Origin: Octopus sinensis
Lineage: Eukaryota
Direction: 5' to 3'
NCBI RefSeq assembly: GCF_006345805.1
Contig: NC_043005.1
Coordinates: 13,330,001 to 13,394,000 of the forward strand
Length of the DNA stretch: 64,000 nt
Shown here: positions 22,877 through 35,893 of the stretch, piece by piece
Layout of the letters: each line of letters begins with the position of its first letter
Numbering within the stretch: position 1 is the first letter of the stretch
Translations under genes and position numbers: made by a program
The notes under the pieces: generated by a model
What the model was told of the DNA's origin: nothing
The model's database searches: none
What the model saw: the letters and a program-made list of their open reading frames with translations, nothing else

Positions 22877-25300
22877 TTAAAAAAAATGATATTGAGATTT
22901 ATAGTAATAACAACGTCAAAACTATTTGAACCCACGAATATTCTGACGACTATTTAAAATTTTGGATTCATTGTTGCTAGAAGTGATAATTATTTTACAT
23001 TGTGTTTCATTTTCAATTCTGAATTATCAGGTGATTGCAGGAAGCTATCAAATTTGAATCGACATCTGAATACTGAAAGTAATCAATACTTTTCTTTTCT
23101 TTTTTCTTTGTCACAAATTAAGCTTGAATTATGTTCCTAAAAAACAAAAACAAAAAAAAAACAATAAAAAAAAAATACAAAAAAGACAGAAAGAGAAACA
23201 AATGCGCATTCCACACACACATATACACACAAACTCCATCCATCTTTTTGGGGGGTCGATAAAATAAGTACTAGTTTGAGCAGTGGGATCAAAGAAATTG
23301 AATTATCCTCCGAAAATGCTGGAATGAATAAATAAAATTTAATATTAAGTATCTATGGAATTTTGATTTACTGCTGGGCAACTTTTTGCTAACCCTGTGT
23401 GTGTATGTATATATATATATTTCTTTACTACCCACAAGGGGCTAAACACAGAGGGGGCAAACAAGGACAGACAAGTGGATTAAGTCGATTACATCGACCC
23501 CAGTGCGTAACTGGTACTTAATTAATCGACCCCGAAAGGATAAAAGGCAAAGTCGACCTCGGCGGAATTTGAACCCAGAACGTAACGGCAGACGAAATAC
23601 GGCTACGCATTTCGCCCGGCGTGCTAACGTTTCTGCCAGCTCGCCGCCTTGTATGTATATATGTATATACATTTCTTTACTACCCACAAGGGGCTAAACA
23701 CTGAAGAAACAAACAAGGACAGACAAAGGGTTTAAGTCGATTACATCGATCCCAGTGCGTTACTGGTACTTAATTTATCGACCCCGAAAGGATGAAAGGC
23801 AAAGTCGACCTCGGCGGAATTTGAACCCAGAACGTAACGACAGACGAAATACGGCTACGCATTTCACCCGGCGTGCTAACGTTTCTGCCAGTTCGCCGCC
23901 TTGTATGTATATATGTATATTTATTTCTTTACTACCCACAAGGGGCTAAACACTGAAGAAACAAACAAGGACAGACAAAGGGTTTAAGTCGATTACATCG
24001 ATCCCAGTGCGTTACTGGTACTTATTTAATCGACCCCCGAAAGGATGAAAGGCAAAGTCGACCTCGGCGGAATTTGAACTCAGAACGTAACGCAGACGAA
24101 GTACCGCTAAGCATTTCGCCCGGAATGATAACGCTTCTGCCAGCTCGCCGCCTTAAAAAAAATGATATTGAGATTTATAGTAATAACAACGTCAAAACTA
24201 TTTGAACCCACGAATATTCTGACGACTATTTAAAATTTTGGATTCATTGTTGCTAGAAGTGATAATTATTTTACATTGTGTTTCATTTTCAATTCTGAAT
24301 TATCAGGTGATTGCAGGAAGCTATCAAATTGAATCGACATCTGAATACTGAAAGTAATCAATACTTTTCTTTTCTTTTTTCTTGTCACAAATTAAGCTTG
24401 AATTATGTTCCTAAAAAACAAAAACAAAAAAAAAAACAATAAAAAAAAAATACAAAAAAGACAGAAAGAGAAACAAATGCGCATTCCACACACACATATA
24501 CACACAAACTCCATCCATCTTTTTGGGGGGTCGATAAAATAAGTACTAGTTTGAGCAGTGGGATCAAAGAAATTGAATTATCCTCCGAAAATGCTGGAAT
24601 GAATAAATAAAATTTAATATTAAGTATCTATGGAATTTTGATTTACTGCTGGGCAACTTTTTGCTAACCCTGTGTGTGTATGTATATATATATTTCTTTA
24701 CTACCCACAAGGGGCTAAACACAGAGGGGACAAACAAGGACAGACAAGTGGATTAAGTCGATTACATCGACCCCAGTGCGTAACTGGTACTTAATTAATC
24801 GACCCCCGAAAGGATAAAAGGCAAAGTCGACCTCGGCGGAATTTGAACCCAGAACGTAACGCAGACGAAATACGGCTACGCATTTCGCCCGGCGTGCTAA
24901 CGTTTCTGCCAGCTCGCCGCCTTGTATGTATATATGTATATACATTTCTTTACTACCCACAAGGGGCTAAACACTGAAGAAACAAACAAGGACAGACAAA
25001 GGGTTTAAGTCGATTACATCGATCCCAGTGCGTTACTGGTACTTAATTTATCGACCCCGAAAGGATGAAAGGCAAAGTCGACCTCGGCGGAATTTGAACC
25101 CAGAACGTAACGGCAGACGAAATACGGCTACGCATTTCACCCGGCGTGCTAACGTTTCTGCCAGCTCGCCGCCTTGTATGTATATATGTATATACATTTC
25201 TTTACTACCCACAAGGGGCTAAATACAGAGAGGACAAACAAGGACAGACAAACGGGTTAAGTCGATTATATCGACTCCAGTGCGTAACTGGTACTTAAGT
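22750..25300. repeat. ~1.27-kb tandem duplication (offset ~1276) with boundaries inside family A SINEs
   Basis: The non-SINE spacer 22877-23400 recurs at 24153-24675, differing mainly by 1-bp homopolymer indels. Confidence 0.9.
23419..24152 (-). mobile_element. Three full-length family A SINEs in tandem, separated by TTGTATGTATATATGTATATA(C)
   Basis: ~252-bp period; each unit has a full head; third unit is chimeric. Confidence 0.9.
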
Positions 25301-25426
25301 TATCGACCCCGAAAGGATGAAAGGCAAAGTCGACATCGGCGGAATTTGAACCCAGAACGTAACGACAGACGAAATACGGCTACGCATTTCGCCCGGCGTG
25401 CTAACGTTTCTGCCAGCTCGCCGCCT
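24693..25426 (-). mobile_element. Three full-length family A SINEs in tandem (duplicate array)
   Basis: Same spacer, which also follows the last unit. Confidence 0.9.
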
Positions 25427-25789
25427 TGTATGTATATATGTATATAAGCACACAAACGCGCACACACATGCAAGATTGCGTGAGAGGAGAGAGAGAGAGA
25501 GAGAGATAGATAGATAGATAGATAGAGAGAGAGATAGATAGAGAGAGAGAGAGAGAGAAGTTATATGTGCCTCTTTCGAAAGCGTAATCAAATACTGCGA
25601 TCCCAATACTCTACAGCGAGCGTAATATCGTTTTGTCGTTATCCAGTTTGTCAATGGCATTTCAATGTCGGTAATGGCAAAATTATCATTTCATTATTAA
25701 GAAACAAACAAAATATCTCTGATAGTTCACCACTAATGATATCAACGTAATAGACAAAGTTAATAGATTTGAAAAAAACGCGAGTACAA

Positions 25790-26200
25790 GGTCAGGAGTG
25801 GCTTTGTGGTAAGTAGCGTGCTTACCAACCACATGGTTCCAGGTTCATTCCCACTGCGTGGCACCATGGGAAAGTGTCTTCTACTATAGCCTCGGGCGGA
25901 CCAAAGCCTTGTGAGTGGATTTGGTAGACGGAAACTGAAAGAAGCCCGTCGTATATATGTATATATATATGTATGTGTGTGTATATGTTTGTTTGTGCGT
26001 CTGTGTTTGTCTCCCCAGCATCGCTTGACAACTGATGCTAGTGTGTTTACGTCCCCGTAACTTAGCGGTTCGGCAAAAGATACCGATAGAATAAGTACTA
26101 GGCTTACAATGAATAAGTCCTGGGGTCGATTTGCTCGACTAAAGGCGGTGCTCCAGCATGACCGCAGTCAAATGACTGAAACAAGTAAAGAGTAAAAGAG
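25790..26200 (+). mobile_element. Family B SINE
   Basis: Head-to-tail match to 6620. Confidence 0.9.
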
Positions 26201-26377
26201 TGTGCAAAGATTATATGCAAAGATGATAGACAAAGCTAAATATTTAAGAAAATATCAAATATACTCTGCGTCTATATCCGGATACTGTAGCTAATGTGAA
26301 GGCTTCAAGGTGATCACTCGATCTACTAGAAACTGCTGGGAAATGTTTTCGAATGAGAGCCAGAGGGGATCCACTCT

Positions 26378-27189
26378 CTTTTACTATTTTACTCTTTTAC
26401 TTGTTTCAGTCATTTGACTGTGGCCATGCTGGAGCACCGCCTTTAGTCGAACTTATTCTTTGTAAGCCTAGTACCTATTCGTTTGCCGAACCGCTATGTT
26501 ACGGGGACGTAAACACACCAGCATTTGTTGTCAATCTATAGTGTGGGGGACAAACACAGACATACAAACATATATATATATATATATATATCGTCTTTTG
26601 TTTTTTCGTGAACTCTCCCTTGAGATATATATATATACGACAGGCTTCTTTCAGTTTCCATCTTCCAAATCAACTCATAAGGCTTGGTCGGACTGTGGCT
26701 AAATTAGAAGACACTTGACCAAGATGCCACGTAGTGAGACTGAACCCAGAACCATGTGGTTTGTAAGCAGCCTACTTACCACACAGTCACTCCTGCGCCT
26801 CTTTTACTTGTTTCAGTAATTTGACTGTGGCCATGCTGGAGCACCGCCTTTAGTCGAGCAAATCGACCCCAGGACTTATTCTTTGTAAGCCTAGTACTTA
26901 TTCTATCGGTCTATTTTACCGGGGACCTAAACACACCAGCATCGTTTGTCAAGCGATGTTGGGGGGACAAACACAGATACGCAACATATACACACACATA
27001 CATATATATACATATATACATATATACGACGGGCTTCTTTCAGTTTCCGTCTACCAAATCCTTTCACAAGGCTTTGGTCGGCCCGAGGCTATAGTAGAAG
27101 ACACTTGCCCATGTCGCCACGCAGTGGAACTGAACCGGAACCATGTGGCTGGTAAGCAAGCTACTTACCACACAGCCATTCCTACGCCT
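26378..27189 (-). mobile_element. Two adjacent family B SINEs (26378-26800, 26801-27189)
   Basis: Two tail-to-head reverse-complement matches. Confidence 0.85.
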
Positions 27190-27200
27190 ATATTTATATA

Positions 27201-27249
<49 letters not shown>

Positions 27250-27250
<1 letters not shown>

Positions 27251-27890
27251 TAAAATCAAAATAAGCAACAGGATATCAAGAAGTGATGCAGTACGACCGT
27301 TTCAAGCGGCTCCATTTAATGGAACAATGCAATCATTACATCAATTTGAATGCAGGGCTCTCATCAGCTGCAAAAATAAATAGAATTTTAATCAGTTGGA
27401 CACATTAATATAATTTTACTCAAATACGTTAACAGAACAAGAAGACGGAAGAAATCCATGTTGTCGCTATTGCAGCTAAGAAGATACTGCATTTCCAAGA
27501 AAAGCAAGAATCTTATTTTGATTTTATTCACCTTACTTCGAATTTTGCGGATAATACCGGACTGACTTGGTGCTTCAACTCAAATACCTGATTCAACCGA
27601 ATCTGAATATTGACCACAGTTGAAACACTCCTGTCACAAATTGGGACCTTGAAGATTACTATAATGCAAGTATACTAGTCCCTTTATATTTTATATTCAA
27701 TATTTCATCTATTCAAGAAGACAATTAATACTTCATTTCATTTTACTATATATATATTATTTATACTATATATTCTACATTAATATTATAAAGAATATAA
27801 ATAAAACATAAAAAACAGACAGAGTTGGAATTTCTTTGAATGATATAAATCCCTCTATATACAATCATACAAACCCCTTTATATATATAT
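27250..27890 (-). mobile_element. ~640-bp AT-rich hammerhead-bearing repeat (PLE pLTR/retrozyme-like); partial second copy at ~50265-50745 in opposite orientation
   Basis: Segment cagttgaaacactcctgtcacaa...ggaccttgaagattactataatgcaag...ctctatatacaatcatacaaa is shared with the 50.3-50.7 kb copy; contains an intact hammerhead. Confidence 0.65.
27288..27371 (-). ncRNA. Type I hammerhead ribozyme, consensus core
   Basis: UGCAG-CUGAUGA-GAGC[~50 nt]GCUU-GAAA-CGGUCG-UA cleavage site-CUGCA: helix I 5 bp, helix II closes G-U/A-U/G-C/C-G. Confidence 0.75.
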
Positions 27891-27899
27891 ATATATATA

Positions 27900-28100
27900 A
27901 AGTTAATCCAAACAAGAAAAAAAAGCAGCAACGCAAGGACGTGGAACAAATAAAGTATTATTGGACGCTCAGGAAAGAAGGGAAGAAGGAGGGTTTGACG
28001 TTTCGAGCGGAGCTCTTCGTCGGAAACATAGGAGAAGGAAAGATCCCGAGAAGGGAAGACAGGGGAAAAAATCGCTAGTGATACAGACGAGGTCACATAC
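27900..28100 (-). mobile_element. ~200-bp hammerhead-bearing repeat in TA-rich site
   Basis: Sibling at 12740-12925; contains a minimal hammerhead. Confidence 0.75.
27993..28027 (-). ncRNA. 35-nt minimal type I hammerhead with U4C core variant
   Basis: GUUU-CCGACGA-A-GAGC-UCC-GCUC-GAAA-CG-UC cleavage site-AAAC; helices I and II perfect. Confidence 0.7.
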
Positions 28101-28589
28101 ATCTATATAGTTTCTCGAAATCGTGAGGGAGCTGCTTTCTGCTGTAAATGGACATAAAATTTTGAGCCGATTTACTCACTTTCCGTGTTCAAAGAGTTCA
28201 AAAAGGAAAGAACATACAAGACAATGTTATGAAAAAGCTTCAATAGGACGAGTTGGTCAAGGCTAGAGTGCTTTCACTGGCATGTTTCGCATCAAGGTTG
28301 ACCTAGGTCTAAAGAATAAGAGCAATATGTAAATCAACATCAAACTTCACACCCCGCCATCTCAGATCTGGTGAGCATTGAATAAAAATAAAAATAAGCA
28401 AAATAAATAAGAAAAAATATTAAGGATATGCAAGATAATGTAGTCTTTGATATAATTTGCCTGAAAATGTTCATGAGATTGTCATGGACAAACACATTTG
28501 ATTATAGTTCTGCTACATCCATTCATCAGGTAATAAAGAACTGCAACAACTGCAACAACAAACACAGCAGCAACGGCAGTACTTGTCGT

Positions 28590-28920
28590 AGTAATAGGAG
28601 CACTCCGTCGGTTACGACGACGAGCGTGCCAGCTGATACGATCAACGGAACAGCCTGCTTGTGAAATTAACGTGCAAGTGGCTGAGCAATCCACAGACAA
28701 CGTGTACCCCTAACGTAGTTCTCAGGGAGACTCAACATGACACAAAGTGTCACAAGGCCGGCCCTTTGAAATATAAGTACAACTCATTTTTGCCAGCTGA
28801 GTGGACTGCAGCAACGTGAAATAAAGTGTCTTGCTCAATGACACAACGCGTCGCCGGGAATCGAACTCATGATCTTACAATCGTGAGCCGAAGGCCCTAA
28901 CCACCAAGCCACGCGCCTGC
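28590..28920 (-). mobile_element. SINE family E: tRNA head + CORE-like GTGTC(C/A)TTGAGCAAGACACTT segment + family C 3' half
   Basis: The 3' ~170 bp match family C (atttcaaagggccggccttgt...gtcgtaaccgacggagtgctcc); the middle differs. Confidence 0.8.
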
Positions 28921-29724
28921 ATTCAGTTGGTAGTAGACCTGTTGGAAATAGTCACAAAGTCTGTCTCAAATCACATCATATAGTCTTAGAAATGAAAGAT
29001 ACATTAAATGATGAAGTCGTATGAACACGATGCCTGGAAAAATATGGTGGTCACGAAAGCATTGTGAGTTTCACTAGCTAAGGAATCACTTGGAGCTAAG
29101 CATCTTCTTCATTTCTACGATTCCGAGGTTAGATATGGTTAGAAGAACACAATATTTTTTGCAGTCATGTCCTTGGCAGCGTTCGAACTCAGCACTGCCT
29201 TTTATAATAATCGTGGTGAGTGAGTTGGAAGAGGGCCGATCAACAATGGCCGCTTAAACCTGTCTGAAATACTATCGAATTGTAACAACGAAATTATATC
29301 TCGTTGTCTTAGGAAACAAGAATATATATAGAATAATGAAATTTTCATGATGATTTCTTGTGAAAAAATGTGGGACGGTCACGACTGGAATACCTAGATC
29401 TGATGGCTTGCTCAATCGCTGTAAGTTGGCGATGATGTTCGCGCTTCTGTCGGGAATATAAACAGTGTACAGGAACTGTGATTGACTCAGCTGGGAATCG
29501 GAACCAGAACACGATTTTAAGCTGGTGCAATGCTTATCTTTTTCGTTCAGCAACTCCCGTTAACTGTAAACAAACTCTAAAGCATTTCAAAATAATCTCT
29601 CACATTTCCTCCTTTTTCCCCTTCTTTCTTTTCTTCGTCCACTAAAAAAAGAAAAGAAAGATTGAAAGGAGGAGAGCTAGAAGGCGCGAACGAAGCAGTT
29701 ATATGTTTTTTTTATTACTGCAGT

Positions 29725-30255
<531 letters not shown>

Positions 30256-30960
30256 TTGATATATTTATTCTAATCTGTAGATTTAATATTCTATTGATGT
30301 TTCTGACCCAGTACACAGAAACTATATTATAGCCAGCCGTCCATACGATAATGCACATATGTGTTTGGAAATGTGTCTTTTAAAAAAATAAGGTTTCTTG
30401 GTGCTTTTTATTAAAAGCGGTGGTCTATCGCTTTAACAAGTTGCCAAGACTGTTTTCAATCGTCGTGTTTTCAATACATAACATTTTGTATTGACGAAAG
30501 AAGGTAATAGGATAATTTAATATGTCTTACAGATGTTTGGAAGATAAAAAAATATCAATGAAATGAAAGCAACATGAAGCTGAGGACAATGGAAGAGTAT
30601 CGTGCTGGTAAATTTTACTAAGCTGATGAATTAGGCGCAGAAACGATATATGCATGTAAATAAACAATAATATAGAAATCTGTGTGAAAATATAATTAAT
30701 ATTTTTTTCTCTGTCTGACCTTCATAGATTTTATCTCAATTACACTTTCTTAGAATTCTTCATAGACTTGTTTTCTCAAAGTCTCCCATAAATAATACCA
30801 GATTTTCTTTTTTCTTAGACTTACCTTAGATTTCCTCCTTCAGATTTATCTTCGTTTCTCGACAGCATTATTTGCCATTCACAATGTTGCACCTGTCCAC
30901 ATTTCTGTGGACATCAGATTTCCCTTAATAGTTGACTAAATCATTCATAATAAAATAACC

Positions 30961-31744
30961 GGATCTTTTCGGTTTGAACGGCAGTTTTTAACATAATTTC
31001 TAGGTAACTAAAAAAATTTAAACTTCTTTTACTGGTAGAATGTGTTTATAAAACATTCTTTTTCTCTTGGCTTTATTGAGAAAACTCTATAGTTTGTAAG
31101 ATATTTGTTGTTTTTTTTCTTCAATTTCTGCAATTTCAACCAATCACTGACGTCTATTGAGCTAAAAAACATTCTGTGCCGTATGAATATGTCCCTCGTT
31201 TAAGAAACAGATTGGGTTTATTTACATTTGTGAAGAAAAAAGATACCCTTCCCCCACCCCTAACCCTAGCCCTAATCCTAACTAACCCTAAATCTAAAAC
31301 AGATTGAAATGCAATAGATCGATACTAGGGTCATAATTATGAGTGACAATTTCTTATGACACCCATAATTATGACCCTAGTATCGATTTCTTGCATTTCA
31401 ATCTGTTTTAGATTTAGAGTTAGGGTTAGTTAGGGTTAGGGTTAGGGGTGGGGGAAGGGTATCTTTTTTTCTTCACAAATGTAAATAATCCCAATGTGTT
31501 TCTTAAACGAGGGACATATTCATACGGCACAGAATGCTTTCACCTCAATAGACGGTCATTGATTGGTTAAAATTGCCAAAATGCAAGAAATTAAAGACGA
31601 AATATGTTACACACTACAGAGTTTTCTCAAGAAGGCCAAGAGAAAATGATGTTTTATAAACACATTCTACCAGTATACGAAGTTTAAAATTTTTTAGTTA
31701 CCAAGAAATTATGTTAAAAACTGCCGTTCAAACCGAAAATTTCC
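30961..31744. mobile_element. Fold-back (inverted) dimer of the GGATCTTTTC MITE, ~784 bp
   Basis: Two copies of the same ~390-bp MITE arm in inverted orientation meeting near 31360; both outer ends are the aacataatttctaggtaac-type end. Confidence 0.85.
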
Positions 31745-32537
31745 GTTGTTTTATTGAATGTTGTTCAGTAAACAGTAACAGCGCCGCAGTTAATAATACG
31801 GAATGTTCAAGTCTTCCTCTTTTTTGTCCATCGAATTTCACACACTGTATTACAAAAATTAAATAAATAAATAATAGTAATTAAATATATAAAAAAAATG
31901 CTTACTCTGCGAATATCTTGTGTCATTTGAGAATATATGTCGCTACTTATTGATATAAAATTATACTCCAGCTTTCAAGTTAAATTCTACAAGAATAATC
32001 TCTTAATATGATTAATGAACTGTCTTCCTACATTGAAGTTTTATGTCGGTTTCAGTAAATAGATAGCAAATAACACAATTTTATTTGACTCGAAGACATT
32101 TCTTTTTTTTTTTTGCGTGTAACTGGTTTCAGTCATTGAATTGCGACCATGGTAGAACAAAGCCAGCAGCAGTTTTAGACCAGTGATACCCATCCTGTAT
32201 CGGAAGGCCTTCTTGGTGAGCTTTGTGTGTCCACGAGGAAACAACAGATACCAAATAAGCGCTACAGGAGAGGAGACAGACAGAGTATGTAGGGGGTCAT
32301 GATTTACTCAGGAAAAATATATTGGAACTGGGAAAAATATGTTTCAAACATATTTTCAAAGAGATATTTGTCGGGAATAGTGAGTAGGACCTTGTGTTAT
32401 CAGTGAGCTGAAACTTAACTGAAAGGTTCCTCAAGGGCCAATGCAATTTTAACGTATGTGTCCTCGGCTTCTTTAGTAATTTCCATAAATAAATATAGCA
32501 TAGAGATACCAATCCACAGAAATATCTAAAAAAGAGT

Positions 32538-32953
32538 TACTCTTTTACTCTTTTACTTGTTTCAGTCATTTGACTGCGGCCATGCTGGAGCACCGCCTTT
32601 AGTCGAGCAAATCGACCCCGGGACTTATTCTTTGTAAGCCCAGTACTTATTCTATCAGTCTCTTTTGCCGAACCGCTAAGTGACGGGGACGTAAACACAC
32701 CAGCATCGGTTGTCAAGCAATGCTAGGGGGACAAACACAGATACACAAGCACACACACACATACATATATATACATATATACATATATACGACAGGCTTC
32801 TTTCAGTTTCCGTCTACCAAATCCACTCACAAGGCATTGGTCAGCCCGGGGCTATAGCAGAAGACACTTGCCCAAGATGCCACGCAGTGGGACTGAACCC
32901 GGAACCATGTGGTTGTTTAGCAAGCTACTTACCACACAGCCACTCCTGCGCCT
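32538..32953 (-). mobile_element. Family B SINE
   Basis: Full reverse-complement match. Confidence 0.9.
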
Positions 32954-33210
32954 ACATAAGAAAATAAATCAATAAATCACCACATAAAGTTAGGTTGTAT
33001 TGATTAAAGTAAACTGGTGATTTTACCTTTTTTTGCGCAAAATATAAAGTTTGTGTAAAATGGCGTCCGTTGAAAAAAAGGCGCTGAACTACTAAAGGCT
33101 GAAAACTGTTTTAGGTGTTTATATTAATTTCAGTATCTTGTTGGGTGTATGAAGTGGATATGAAATACCAAAACTGCGGTGGAACAGAGAGAATACAAGA
33201 TACATTTGTT

Positions 33211-33610
33211 CGACAGGAGTGGCTGTGTGGTAAGTAGCTTGCTAACCAACCACATGGTTCCGGGTTCAGTCCCACTGCGTGGAATCTTGGGCAAGTGTCT
33301 TCTGCTATAGCCCCGGGCCCACCAATGCCTTGTGAGTGGATTTGGTAGACGGAAACTGAAAGAAGCCTGTCGTATATATGTATATATATATGTATGTGTG
33401 TGTGTGCTTGTGTGTCTGTGTTTGTCCCCCCTAGCATTGCTTGACAACTGATGCTGGTGTGTTTACGTCCCCGTCTCTTAGCGGTTCGGAAAAAGAAACC
33501 GATAGAATAAGTACTGGGCTTACAGAGAATAAGTCCCGGGGTCGATTTGCTCGACTAAAGGCGGTGCTCCAGCATGGCCGGAGTCAAATGACTGAAACAA
33601 GTAAAAGAGT
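33211..33610 (+). mobile_element. Family B SINE
   Basis: Full match. Confidence 0.9.
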
Positions 33611-33875
33611 ATACCAATACACACGTTCACACACAAATGCATGTATTCATATATGTATTTGTTTGTTTGTGTGTGTGCGTGTGTGTGTGCGCGCGATAGT
33701 CTTGCGTAATATTTCTGTTCCCCTCATGCAAATTGCAAGGTCTGGTCTACCCGAAGGTAGGTAGGGTGAGGTCGACAACCGGAACATGGAGCATCATATG
33801 AGTCACGACGCTGGCTAACGTAGACTTGTATCTCCAAATGCCAAGTCACAATGTCACAGACATGCTAACGTTTCT

Positions 33876-34291
33876 TATTTCTTTATTGCCCACAAGAGGC
33901 TAAACATAGAGGAGACAAACAAGGACAGACAAAGAGTTTAAGTCGATTAGATCGACCGCAGTGGGTAACTGGTACTTAATTTATCGACCCCGAAAGGATT
34001 GAAGGCAAAGTCGACCTCAGCAGAATTTGAACGCAGAACGTAGCGGCAGACGAAATACATGTTTATTTACTACCCACAAGGGGTTAAACGCAGAGAGGAC
34101 AAACAAGGACAGACAAACGGATTAAGTAGATTATATTGACCCCAGTGCGCAACTGGTACTTATTTAATCGACCCCCGGAAGGATGAAAGGCAAAGTCGAC
34201 CTCGGCGGAATTTAAACTCAGAACGTAAAGGCAGACGAAATACAGCTACGCATTTCGCCCGGCGTGCTAACGCTTCTGCCAGCTCGCCGCC
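33876..34291 (-). mobile_element. Family A dimer, degenerate junction ~34058
   Basis: gacgaaatac|atgtttatttactacc. Confidence 0.85.
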
Positions 34292-34666
34292 TTCTGCCAA
34301 ACATAACTGCATACTACGTATGCCGTATTTAATCGTATAGCAACCTACACCAAGATGCACACGGTACACGCCTTTAACATCCTATTGAAATAACACAGCT
34401 GGCACAACACATATTCTACGGATACACCACTATACAATATAACAAATCTCATGCAATATCGACTCTACTCAATCATAAAGCCAAAGAAATTTAACCGATT
34501 ATCATTACATAATCGACACACGATACTGTTACAAGGTCCACACAGCAATAGCAACTCACAACTTACGTCGTAACACAATTTTTTGTCAATTATACATAAC
34601 ACTCTTTACACAGTATATACTCTACGTAATCAATACCTGACACCGGCACACATATCGCTACTATCT

Positions 34667-35075
34667 TTACTCTTTTACTTGTTTCAGTCATTTGACTGCG
34701 GCCATGCTGGAGCACCGCCTTTAGTCAAGCAAATCGACCCCGGGACTTATTTTTTTCTAAGCCCAGTACTTATTCTATCGGTCTCTTTTGCCGAACCGCT
34801 AGGTGACGGGGACGTAAACACACCAGCATCGGTTGTCAAGCAATGCTAGGGGGACAAACACAGACACACAAATATATACACACACACTTATATATATATA
34901 TATACATATATACGACAGGCTTCTTTCAGTTTCCGCCTACCAAATCCACTCACAAGGCATTGGTGGGCCCGGGGCTATAGCAGAAGACACTTGCCCAAGA
35001 TGCCACGCAGTGGGACTGAACCCGGAACCATGTGGCTGGTTAGCAAGCTACTTACCACACAGCCACTCCTACGCG
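34667..35075 (-). mobile_element. Family B SINE
   Basis: Full reverse-complement match. Confidence 0.9.
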
Positions 35076-35213
35076 CACAAAACATACAAACTGCAATCAT
35101 CGTCCAACAAGAAACACAAGTGACATTGCACACATACAACACGACAAGCAAATGATATTACTGAAGTAATTCCAGAAACCACAATGCAAATCTGAATTAG
35201 TATACAAATACTA

Positions 35214-35622
35214 GGCGTAGGAGTGGCTGTGTGGCAAGTAGCTTGCTTACGAATCAAATGGTTCAGGGTTCAGTCCCCCTGCGTGCCACCTTGGGCAAGT
35301 GTCTTCTACTGTAGCCTCGGGTCGATCAAAGCCTTGTGAGTGGATTTGGTACACGGAAACTGAAAGAAGCCCGTCGTGTATATGTACATATGTATGTGCG
35401 TGTGTGTGTATACGTTTGTGTGTCTGTGTTTGTCCCTCCAACATCGCTTAGCAACTGATGCTGGTGTGTTTACGTCCCCCCCTAACTTAGCGGTTCGGCA
35501 AAATAGACCGATAGAATAAGTACTAGGCTTACAAAGAATAAGTCCTGGGGTCGATTTGATTCGACTAAAGGCGGTGCTCCAGCATGGCCACAGTCAAATG
35601 ACTGAAACAAGTAAAAGAAAAG
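35214..35622 (+). mobile_element. Family B SINE
   Basis: Full match. Confidence 0.9.
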
Positions 35623-35893
35623 AGACTATGATGACTACTGAAATATGCTGAAATAATGAGTCGCTGTAGTGGAAACTGGCACAAAATTGGTGAAAATTTA
35701 ATAAAGATGACAATGTTGAAAATTATTTCTTCGTTAGCCCCTAATGCTTCGACACATACAAATACAATAACCGTTAAAATAATGGGATTTATAATACGTT
35801 TGGAGTTGGGCGAATAGTTACTGAATTAAAAAAAAACTGGTGAGTGAGAACATCGTACAGTTGACGGGTTAAAAATTTGAAAAATATCTATAA

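Noticed and set aside
30615-30655. CTGATGA..GAAAC string
   Set aside because: No helix II or helix I pairing.
33055-33075. YY1-like AAAATGGCGTCC as a promoter
   Set aside because: Isolated motif in ~250 bp between two SINEs; no supporting context.
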